From Nemertoderma westbladi (lineage: Eukaryota > Animalia > Xenacoelomorpha), in assembly GCA_032718475.1 (NCBI GenBank), contig JAUCBJ010006218.1:124001-188000 (forward strand): 64,000 bases of DNA. The letters run 5' to 3'. Of the stretch, positions 1 to 10,600 are shown one piece after another. A program made the position numbers and the translations under genes. The first letter of the stretch is position 1; every line of letters starts with the position of its first letter. The notes under the pieces were generated by a model. The model did no database searches, was not told where the DNA came from, and worked only from the letters and a program-made list of their open reading frames with translations.

Positions 1-591
1 TGTTGCGATCATAATAACCCTGGAATTTATAGAGTCGATGTTGTTAGGGTCTTAAGTGCAAATAGGCTTAGCAGAATTCCTACTCCACAAATTGTTGCAT
101 TGGCCGAGGTTCTTACTGCTGAGCTTGCTACTAACGTCCATCTATTTCCAATGTCATTGTACTTCATGGTAGTGTCTCCATGACAAATCCGATGTTCTTG
201 GATGCAGATGATGTCGATGTTATATTCCATTGCCAGAGCGACCATGTTACCCTGTTTGCTATGTGCTTTCAGCGTGCGTGCGTTCATTGTAGCAATCTTT
301 AGTGTCTTTTTACATTTCAACAGGTTGGTTCTTCTTTCTTCTCTGTCTTCTGTTCCAGTAGCCAATTTATCGACCCCAGCCTGGTGTACCACTGAGGGAC
401 GCGGTCCTTGTTGACCCGGGCGACGACCGAGCCGGTATTTCTCCTGGAGGGTTCTCATACTCATATCTTTCAGTTGCGGGGGTAAACCGCTTGTGGTCGC
501 AACTCCTACTAGCGTCTTCGCAGTAGGTCGCCGTTGGTTGATTACCTTCCGCCGACCTTGTCAGCATGTCTAGCCGTTGGTTGATTACCTT
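1..591 (-). mobile_element. RTE-clade non-LTR retrotransposon, 5' part with start of APE endonuclease (runs off window)
   Basis: ORF 27..464 has LKIATMNARTL...IDIICIQEHR...GVGILLS, the N-terminal APE motifs typical of RTE ORFs. It ends at a premature stop. The 5' UTR appears to continue at 31890 beyond the L2 insertion. Confidence 0.75.
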
Positions 592-2579
592 AATAATAAT
601 AATAATATATATTTATTTATATAGCGCCAAATTTACATCATTTACGTACTCTAAGGCGCTGACAACACATAATACACAGTAATTAATAGTTCGTGACTGC
701 AATGGCAATAGTTATGAGATAAAATCAACTAAATTAATGTAGTAATTAAAAACCAACAAAAAAAACATCATAAAATATAGTAAAAACAAACAATAAAAAC
801 GATCATTGCAGATATTCCAATCTTACGGGTTAAGTTAATTAGTAATTAATGGCAATAGTTGTGAAATAAAATTATCCAATTAATTAATTAAAAAATGTCA
901 GTCGTCCATAAAAACAAATAAATAATGTTTAGTTTAGATTTAACTTCATAGGCACAGCGTAATATAAGACACTAGTTCACGTGGTATTCCAGATTGTATA
1001 GGTGAGTTTTTAGACGTTTCTTAAAAATGCCCACATTCAATGATTCGCGTATGGCCGGAGGCAATGCGTTCCATACAGTTGGAGCAGCAATGGAGAACGA
1101 TTGCCTACCATAATGTTCCGTATTGTAGCGAGGGGCCACGAGTAAACCCAGCCCGCTGGATCGCATCTCGTGGATGGGTATGTACGGAGTTAGTAAGTCG
1201 CTTAGATACTTCGGGGCACAGTTATTACGCATTTCCATGTTATCAAGGCAATTTTAAAATCGATACGGCGAACTATAGGTAACCAGTGCAATGCTTTTTG
1301 GGTTGGAGTTATATAGTCCCTCTTCTTTACACCACATATAAGTATTGATATAATATATATTATACTGTATTATATATATATTAATACATATTGAACGTAC
1401 TGTAGTTTGTGAATGGATTTTTTTGGCAGACCGTAGTAGAGAGAATTATTGGCGTCAAGCTTTGATTTGACAAGTATGTGTATAAGTATTTCCATGTTTT
1501 GTTTGTTGACATATCGCTTTATCTTTGAAAGATTCCTTAAATGGAAGAATGCTTCGCGAATGGTGATTCCTATTTGCTTGCACATTGTAATTCGAACCCG
1601 ATATTGCGAACGTTTGGACTACACGATATTATGTCGCTCCCTATGGTCAGTACTGGGGGATCCTGCTTTATGCCGAACCTGGACTGCAATAACAGGACTT
1701 TAGTTTTATCGGAATTCATTTTTAAGTAGTTATTATCCATCCACTCCAGCACATCCACGAGGCAGCTCTTAGTTACTTTTACAGCGCTGTTTAATTCAAT
1801 TGGCTTGAAAATCAAATATAATTGGGTATAATCCGCGTAGAAATGACAATGTAGACCATGCCGCTTTATTACAGCTGATAGTGAACGCGTGTATATCGTA
1901 AACAGAATCGGACCCAATACCGAACCCTGTGGTAGTCCATAGCGGAGGTGCTTTGCGATGGAATATGTATTCCCAATACGCACCTGTTGCGAGCGCTCCG
2001 ATAGATATGATACGAACCATTTAAGGGCGACGCCATCAATGCCAATGTCGTGTTTAAGTATCTGCAATAGTTTGCTATGTTCAACCGTGTCGAATGCCGC
2101 GCTTAAATCAAGTGTGATAAACAAACAGACCGAACCATCGTCAATTCCACGAAGTACCGTATCAGCAACAGATAACAAGGCAGTTTCCAGACCGTGTAAT
2201 GGCCGGTAGGCATTCTGGTAGGGTTCATGCAGACCGTTCAGATTCATGTGGTGCTTTAACTGCTCTACCACCACCTTCTCAGTTAATTTGGAAATGTACA
2301 GTAAGTTCAAAACCGGTCTAAAGTGATTAAGTATTTCCGGGTCTAATCGCAATTTCTTTAGTATTGGTGTGAGAATTGCTTCTTTGAAACGCGAAGCCAC
2401 AGTTCCAGTTCGTAAAGATAAATTAATTATCAATGTAATGGCCATCAATAGTGGTTTTAAGGACATCTTTAGTATGCTGGTTGGAATCAGGTCACATGGA
2501 CTTGATTTTGACTTCGAGTCGCTTATCAGTTTTTCTACGCCATCGCTCGTTACGTCACAAAATTTGGGAAGGACTGGCG

Positions 2580-3155
2580 CTGGAAGCATCCCGGACGGTG
2601 AGGGAGGCACCCCGGACGGCTTCCGGGATGGTGCAGGAGGTGTCCTGGACGGCGCCCCGGATGGCGCGGGAGGCTCCCCGGACGGAGTGAGAGACGCATC
2701 AGATAACGTGGGGTGGGAGGCATTGCGGATGGTTCGGGAGGCGTCCCAGACGGTGCGGGAGGCGTCCCGGACGGTGCGGGAGGCGTCCTGGGTGGTGCGG
2801 GAGGTGTCCCAGAAGGTGCGCGAGGTGTCCCGGACAGTGCGGAAGGCGTCCCAGACAGTGCGGGATGGCCTGGAAGGCGTCCCGCATGGCGTGGGAGGAG
2901 GCACCCCGGATGGCGCGGGAGGCGTACCGGTTGGCCTGGGAGGCGTACCGGTTGGCCTGGGAGGCGTACCGCATGGCGTGGGAGGAGGCACCCTGGACGG
3001 CACAGGGGCATCCCGGATGGTGTTGGAGACACCCCGGACGGTGATGGAAGCGTCCCGGATGGCGTGGGAGGCGTCCCGTCCCGGATGGCATGGGAGGCGT
3101 CCCGTCCCGGATGGCATGGAAGACGTCCCGAATGGCATGGGAGGCGTCCCGGATG
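2580..3155. repeat. GC-rich ~21-bp minisatellite inside LINE ORF2
   Basis: Repeated GGGAGGCGTCCCGGACGGTGC-like units encoding GTPPAPS-like heptads in frame. Confidence 0.9.
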
Positions 3156-4150
3156 ACGTCCCATTGTGGTTTAGAACATCTCGAATATATTTAATATTAT
3201 TATCGAAGTAGTTTACAAATCTGTTAGCTAATTCCAATTCAGAATTATGTCTCGGTAATATAACCTTATTTCCTCGGTGTAAAACTTTATTGACAACTTT
3301 AAATAGTGTTTTTAGGTCCTCTGAATTGTTCTTGATTATCCCACTATAATATTGTTCCTTAGCCGTTGAGATGGCCGCCGCTACCTTGTAAGATTGGTTT
3401 CTGTATTCCAAGAGATCAACATGCAGTTTCGTTGTCCAATATTTGCGCTCCAATCGGCGTCTAGTTCTCTTCTCATTGGCTATTGACTCGGTATACCATG
3501 GTGCCATTGGACGCTCAATTACTGTCTTCGTTACCAATAGTGCATGTCTATCCAATAGTGATAATAGTGTTTTTTCGTAGAGTTCTACCAGTTGGTCAAT
3601 GTCATGCGGTAGTGGGTTTACACATAATGCTGATGTTTCGATGTCTGAAATGAAGTTGCCCATGTCTATACTTGCAGATTCCTTATTTGTTGAATCGTCC
3701 ACCCAGAAGTTAAAATCTCCCATAATAATTAATTTCCCTGTTGCCACCATAAGTTGTTGCAGTAGATCACTAAATTCCTCAAGGAACATCGATGTATTCA
3801 GTTTGTTTCCTGTTGACGGATAAGATTCGAAAGATCGATATGTAGCTCGTACGATCTTGAATGGTTCCATATCCAAACTGCCCTTGTAAGCGCAGCCAAC
3901 TCCACCACCTGATGTCCATGTTCTGGGTTCATATGCGAATTTAAATCCAGCAGGGCACGTTTCCTCCATGACAGAGTCATCCTCATCCTTGCCTGTCAGC
4001 CATGTCTCCGTAAGAGCAAGTATGTCAATATTCAAGTCGACCATATAATCCTTAATTATTGCAGCCTTATTATTTATCGATCGCGCATTGAATAGTCCAA
4101 TGCAAAACTTATGTTTGCTTCCAATATTTGAGAACGTAGGAGAATGCTGT

Positions 4151-4582
4151 AACCCTGCAGGTGTCGAAGTAGACCGACCCACAACCCTCGGAGCTGGAGG
4201 GGACCAACCTACAACCCCCAGACCCGGAGGAGACCGATCTGCAACCCTCAGAGCCGGAGGAGACCGACCCACAACCCTCAGTCCCAGAGGAGACCGACCC
4301 GCAACCCTAGGGGATGGAGAAGACCGACCCGCAACCCTCGGAGCTGGAGGAGACCAACCCGCAACCCTCAGATCCGGAGGAGACCGACCCACAACCCTTG
4401 GAGCCAGAGGAGACCGGCCCACAACCCTCAGAGCTGGAGGAGTCTGACCCGCAACCCTCAGAGCTGGAGGAGACCAGCCCGCAACCCTCAGAGCTGGAGG
4501 AGACCAACCCGCAACCCTCTGAGCTAGAGGAGACCGGCCCGCAACCATCGGAGCCAGAGGAGACCGACCCGCAACCCTCAGA
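4151..4582. repeat. 30-bp minisatellite upstream of the APE domain
   Basis: About 14 copies of AGACCGACCCGCAACCCTCAGAGCTGGAGG-like units encoding RVAGRSPPAL decamers. Confidence 0.92.
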
Positions 4583-4651
4583 GTTTGAATAAGATTGGAG
4601 CACGTCAGTTCTGGGCATTTAGGCAATAGTCAGTCCACCCACCTTGATTCA

Positions 4652-5238
4652 TCAATTACAATTAATGATTTGTTCAGGCAACCCTTTGATCTCATTCTGA
4701 GTATTGGCACTTGTCGACTGACGTTGATGGGTGCCACGCGTGTTGGGGTGGTTTACAGTCACCGAGTCTACTACAGCACCGTTGTGGATAATCCAGCCTA
4801 TATTCGGATCCGCTGCAGCCATGGAGCGCCGTTCCTGTCGGAGAGAATATTGAAGTTTGCTTTCCGCTGGTGTGTAGTCGGGAGATATATATATATCTCT
4901 GTAACGTGATGACTTGAGCAGATTGCGAGCCCTCTTCAACAATACAATATCTCGCGCTTCTCTTTAGAAAGAGTGACAATGATTGTTTGTGTATTTTGAT
5001 TATCTCGCAGCTGCCCGACTCGTTTAGTTTTAATCTCTGATTAGCTCGTTCGACTCCCAATTCGTCAGCTATATCTAACACTACCTGTTTGTCATTGGCG
5101 CTTGGCTTGGTACCTTTGAGAACGATGTTAGTTTTTTGTCTGCTCTGTTCCGCCTCTTCATTTTTTATTTGTTTTGAGAGAAGAGCTAGATTTGGCGAGA
5201 TTGAAGCGATCTCATTTCGTTTATTACGACGTGGTGGC
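4652..5238 (-). pseudogene. LINE ORF1, C-terminal half (frameshifted)
   Basis: EQSRQKTNIVLKG and LKRARNLLKSSRYRDIYISPDYTPAE resemble CR1/L2 ORF1 C-terminal motifs. The frame continues across the Polinton site. Confidence 0.75.
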
Positions 5239-5736
5239 AGTAGTAGGAGAAACATAGTCCGGAGCGTACTCCTCCCTAAGCCTAGGCTACGGGCTGCATC
5301 TCGGAGGGCTATTAAAAAGGTGCTAAATCGCGATGTTTAATGACAATCTGTCACCATCAATATTGATTCGCGTCGTTGCCTTCAACCAATCGTTGCTTAT
5401 CACCTACGCATAGCCTAACCTCACGATGCCTGCCTTACTCGACAACTGTTACCACCCGTGAGTATTGATTCGCGTTGTTGCATCAACCAACCATCGCATA
5501 TTCATCTTCGCGTAACCTAACTTCACGATGCATGGCTAGCCCCCACTACGCTATTATATTATATATCGATTGCCAACTCACCACCACCGCTAGCCACAGC
5601 TACTCCTCGACGGCTGTCACCAAACCAATCAATCCAACCAACCAAGCGGCCTACCAGTAGTCCAACGCTATTATGATACGTGTTGAAATTCCGCCACGTT
5701 CCATCTACACGTATACGAACAACATTTCCATAGTTA
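5239..5736 (+). repeat. Polinton left terminal inverted repeat (~500 bp)
   Basis: Reverse complement of ~30626..31120 with about 7 substitutions seen by eye. Contains an internal ~100-bp degenerate duplication (TATTGATTCGCGT... at 5361 and 5463). Confidence 0.95.
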
Positions 5737-5839
5737 CTCAACCTAAGCTAACCGATCCCGCAGCATCTGTGCCATATTGAAAGGCTTCCATCGCTAACAT
5801 TATACTGTGCGTTTTTTATTATAATAATTATTGATTATT

Positions 5840-5872
5840 ACACACACGCACACACACACACACACACACACA
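5840..5872. repeat. (CA)n microsatellite
   Basis: Direct read. Confidence 0.9.
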
Positions 5873-6261
5873 ACCCTATGATTCATATTCTTTCACGTAT
5901 TTCCTATCCACGCAATCAACCAACCAGCTATTCATCCACGTTGCTCCCCATCTCTTTTCTTATTCGTTGATGATTATGACACGTACCATCTCTTCTTCGT
6001 TGACTATGCCACATCGCAAATTTTTATATATATAAGTGAATGTTTTTAATAAAATTCATCACTTGTAATCTTCATGGTAATATATTGATACCATATCTAA
6101 TTTTTTTTGTTCTCACTCTGACATTGTGTTTTTTTTTTTTCCTTAATAATTTATACATTATCTTACTCGTTGTATATTCGTTGGTCGGAAAACGACACCG
6201 CATAAAATGATACTGATTCCAGCATTGGGTATCGACCTAAAAACGAAAATCTGAGCTACTA

Positions 6262-6333
6262 TTTAAACTATTTAACAAATCTTGATACTGCTTAATTTCA
6301 CCGTCACTATCAAGATTTGTTAAATAGTTTAAA
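6262..6333. other. Perfect 26-bp inverted repeat with 20-nt spacer
   Basis: TTTAAACTATTTAACAAATCTTGATA (6262-6287) and TATCAAGATTTGTTAAATAGTTTAAA (6308-6333). Confidence 0.9.
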
Positions 6334-6430
6334 ACACAATTTTAGAGTGAGAACTATGGTGTCAATTTATTACAGCGATACGGTTTAAAATTTATCACTT
6401 GTAATATTTTTCGTATTTATTATTATTATC

Positions 6431-7495
6431 ATGGCCTTAACGCAAAAAACCGGAGCAACAAATAGCTGGAAATTTACTTACAATAAATATACTTGTACCG
6501 TCGTTCACAGCAAGTATTTTATTGTGGAATCTCAGGAGGACAACGAATCAATTTGTTTTTCCCATCAAGATACCCGCTATTTGTTAGACATTCTAGAAAC
6601 AACTAACAACAACCAACATCAATCCAGACCAGCAATTATACCAGGTAGGATATATCCCACTCTTCGTTTTGCGTGGGGAAATTTGAATATTTCCATCAAC
6701 CCCACATCGGGTGATGTTTACGTTCAGAAACAAGGCAAATGTAAAGTTCTCAACAAAGCTTTTACTGAAGTTCTAATTCAATACAGAGGGAAATTATTGC
6801 AATTTCTCTCTCCACCGCTAGAGATTATTAGCGATCAATTCTACATTGAATTATCAAATCCAGAGTTTATTGGATTTGTAACAGCTTTTAAAGGAACCAA
6901 CTATGTTGGCTTATGGAAAATCAGCCTCAGATACACTGATAGTGTTGGTTTTAACTATTATACAGGTTTCAATTTGTCAAAACAGGAACTATCTGTTTTG
7001 TTGCGAGAGTGGGACAACCAAGTCGATGAAACAGACAAACATCTTTTTGATAAAAATATCATTCAATTATCAGACCGTCTCAAAATGATTAAAACCAATA
7101 ATAAAAAAATTATTATCACCAACACCGATAATTCTACTGAAGTAGGTGCCGGCGGAAATTCTATCGAGTTGCATTACTTGAATGATAAAGCCCATATTAG
7201 TTTTCTCAAAGAATCGATGGAGGGCGTTTCTCTTACTGAAGCCCATATTGACGGTTTTGTCCTTTTGGATAAACCTAAAGCGTTCGTAGAGATCCCATCA
7301 CCTAATCCAGATGTTGAAGAGAGTTGCTCTCAACCACAACAGGTCTTTCCTGAAATATTACCTCGGAAGCCAAGATCATCGAGTAAATTTACCAACGCAT
7401 CACCTGCAAAGAAACAGAAAGTTGTCAGTAACCCAGTTCTAGTAGAACCTGTTACTAATTCTCCATGGAAACCAGATTATTATCCTAACATGTAA
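6431..7495 (+). CDS. Polinton accessory protein, possible PC4-like ssDNA-binding domain
   Basis: Intact 354-aa ORF. VTAFKGTNYVGLWK...GFNLSKQELSVL resembles the PC4 pattern V..FKG....IR...GISL..EQ...L. There is a basic NLS-like tail (PAKKQK). Confidence 0.5.
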   Translation: MALTQKTGATNSWKFTYNKYTCTVVHSKYFIVESQEDNESICFSHQDTRYLLDILETTNNNQHQSRPAIIPGRIYPTLRFAWGNLNISINPTSGDVYVQKQGKCKVLNKAFTEVLIQYRGKLLQFLSPPLEIISDQFYIELSNPEFIGFVTAFKGTNYVGLWKISLRYTDSVGFNYYTGFNLSKQELSVLLREWDNQVDETDKHLFDKNIIQLSDRLKMIKTNNKKIIITNTDNSTEVGAGGNSIELHYLNDKAHISFLKESMEGVSLTEAHIDGFVLLDKPKAFVEIPSPNPDVEESCSQPQQVFPEILPRKPRSSSKFTNASPAKKQKVVSNPVLVEPVTNSPWKPDYYPNM

Positions 7496-7684
7496 GCCTA
7501 ATCATAAGTCAAACTCTTTGCGGTTTCCAATAGTCATAAGCGATCGGTGATTGGTTTAAAATTATTTCCCTCACTAGCATATAAATGTTTAGATGTAGTC
7601 AATAACATTTCATTTCATTTTATTTTAATCTTTGGAGATATTTTATTATTATTATTATTATTATTTATCTAAACAAACTTCAAC

Positions 7685-10600
7685 ATGGATAAAATAACAA
7701 TATGTTGTTCATTCTGTCATATGAATGTAACTAGACATAATTATTTACGCCACCTACGGTCACATTTTGAAAGTTATTCTTGTTTAAAGTGTCATGTCGT
7801 GACTTCATGCAGCGAAATTTGTAAACGACATGAAACAATTACTGGTTGTAAAGAAATGGAGTTCCGCACCTATCAATTGACTTGTTCTACCTGTAATAAA
7901 GAGTATACATATGACAATTATTTACGACACGATTGTCACTTGAAATGTTACTACACAAGAAAGCGTAAATCTCCGCAACGTAAAAATATATTATCTAGAA
8001 AAAACTTAAGGGTGGCTCTTGGTACATGCGCAACAATTTTTACGCGGGAACAAGAAGCTCACGATAATCGTCTTGAAATTTATGTCCACGACCTCCCAAC
8101 TTCTAGAGATTATCCTGATGTAGAAACAGCAGTAACGCAAATTCGAGGTAATATTCTTCAGTTAATATTAGATAGATTGAAAGAAATGAATGTTCTTAGA
8201 CTGTGGTTAGGTCTAAATGTATTAATGTACAGGTCACATTTTTCAGAAGGTGAGCAATTGGAAACCTTTTATTTTAATTCTTCCGGTGGTGCTATTAATA
8301 CTGTAGATTCGCCGCAAAGTTTTGACACATGGTTTGAGTATGTTCTGGAAAATATATTACAAAAAATAGCCATCTTTAACACACGTGGTTCGGGGTGGCG
8401 TATTAAATCTTTATTAAGGGTTGAAATTAAATTAGCGGAATCTAAGTGTAGGTCGTTACTATATAAGGGGCATGGGTATATGGAATTACCTAAGGCTCTA
8501 TCAGGTAAACAGTGTGTTATAAATGTACAATCGGCTGATAATGACTGTTTTAAATGGGCAATTATATCCGCAAAATTTAGTAGCAAAGTGAAAAACAACA
8601 AACAGCGTACTTCATCGTACAAAAATTATATGACTCATTTCATTTTTGACAACGGGAACAAAGATTATCCAACAGAGTGGCAGTTAGCAATTAAACTTTT
8701 TGAAAAACAAAATTCAAAATATATAATTAATTTACTATGTTGGAATAACGACAATAAACGCACCCCTGTATCTATATTAAGACAACCTCCATTTAGTAAA
8801 ATTACACCTGATAAACAGTTATTAAATATATTACTTGTAGTAAAAAATAACAATGTACCTAAACTGAATCATTATGTTTGCATAACTAACTTGAATCGAT
8901 TGCTGAATACGAGAGCTCTTCATACCCAAGGTAGGCAATATTGTGAAAGGTGTTTGACACATTTTTTTCGAGCGGAAGTTCTTCATCGACACCGTCTTGC
9001 CTGCTACCAAGGAAGAAGTCAGCGCGAGAAACTACCTAATAAAAAAAGAACACACATTAGTTTTACAAATTTAGATAGAACCTTAGCCCCATTGTTTGTC
9101 ACCTACTTTGATATAGAATGTATCTTACAACCGTCAGTTAATAATCAAATTATACAGGAGCATATACCGTGTGCTGTGAGTTATTTAATTGTTCCCAATA
9201 CTGAATTAATTGATGCTCCAAAATGTCATTTGAAAACATTCGTAAAGTCAAATAATAATAATTGTATTCAAGATTTCTTAGATTCATTATATACTGATTT
9301 AACTGAATTATGTTGTTGGTCAGAAATATACACTCATAAAACTATGTCATTTACTAATATTGATTTTGTAAATTTTGAACAAGCAAAATTTTGTTTTTAT
9401 TGTAATGTTACTTTAAATAATAATGTAGGGAAAAACAGACACCATTCACATATTACAGGTAAATATATTGCGGCAGCCTGTAATAGTTGTAACCGAAGTT
9501 TATCATTGAAACGATACCTGTATGTACTTTGCGGACACAATTCCAACAACTACGATATACATTGTATATTACAAAGCGGATTTAGAGATAAGAAATACAC
9601 AGATTGGGATATAAAGGTTATACCGAGAAATACAGAGCGATATATTTCACTGAGTGCCTTTATCCCAATTAAAAACACTTCTAAGAAAATTGAGTTACGT
9701 TTTTTAGACACATATCAATTTTTAAGCTTTTCTTTAAGTAATTTAGTTGAGTGTTCAACAAAGGATGTAGCCAGTCATGATATAAGCTCAATTTTACCTA
9801 TTACTCTACAAGAAATGAAATATTTTTATCCAAACTTGAATAACTCAACGATTAAACGGAAAGGAGTATTTCCATACGAGTACTTGACAGATATTAATAA
9901 ATTTAATGATACTGGTTTACCGTCTATAAATAATTTTTTTAGTAACTTAAGTCAAAAAACATGCACAATTGAAGATTATAGGTTTGCGGGAATATCATGG
10001 GTTGAATTCGACTGTGTGAATCTTAAAGATTATCTTTTAGCCTATTTAAAACTCGATGTTTGTTTGCTTGCCGATATATTTGAGAATTTTAGGAATGTTT
10101 GTAAACAAAATTACGATTTAGAAGCGGTTTTTTACTGTAGTATCGGATCATTTACCTATGATTGCGCACTAAAATATAATAAATGTAAAATAGAATTAAT
10201 AAAGGATTATCAGACATATAGAGATTTTGAAAAATCAATTAGGGGTGGTGTTTCATTTTGTCGAAAACATTATATAGAATCAAATATACCAGGTACAAGT
10301 ACATATGATTCTACTAAGGAAGAATGCCATATTTTTAATATTGATTTCAACTCTTTATATTCTGGGAATTTAAGTAAAAAACTACCCACCTCACAATTCA
10401 AAGAAGTAAGTATTAAACATTTAGAGAATGCAATTCCAGAAAAACTAATCGAGTACTTGGTAGATTTAGACATTGATGGATCTACTGGATATTTTTTAAT
10501 ATGTGATTTAAATTATCCCAAGGCTATTCACGATCAAACATTACAATTACCGTTAGCCCCCGAGCATTTAAGTATAAATGAATCAATGCTTTCACCTTAT

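Larger units (their letters stand above)
972..4626 (-). pseudogene. LINE ORF2 (APE endonuclease + reverse transcriptase), degenerate
   Basis: APE motifs FNARSINNK, LALTETWL and IIMGDFN are present, but the C-terminal APE part is deleted. RT motifs are LDLSAAFDTV, PQGSVLGPILF and FYADYTQLY (YADD mutated). The ORF is broken into 1570..4626, 1370..1585 and 972..1238. Confidence 0.88.
592..5238 (-). mobile_element. L2/CR1-group LINE, 3' portion (ORF1 C-terminus, ORF2, 3' UTR, (TAT)n tail)
   Basis: ORF2 has APE and RT motifs and ends ...AAPTVWNALP...FKKRLKTHLY. The minus-strand 3' end AGCGCC..GGCGCTATATAAATAAA..(TAT)n at 592-660 resembles L2 tails. Confidence 0.88.

Noticed and set aside
2369-4618. 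Alternative-frame and antisense ORFs over LINE ORF2
   Set aside because: They arise from GC-rich minisatellites lacking stop codons.
5475-5741. Short ORFs in the TIRs (mirrored at 30555-30884)
   Set aside because: Non-ATG starts, no motifs, and duplicated only because they lie in the TIRs.
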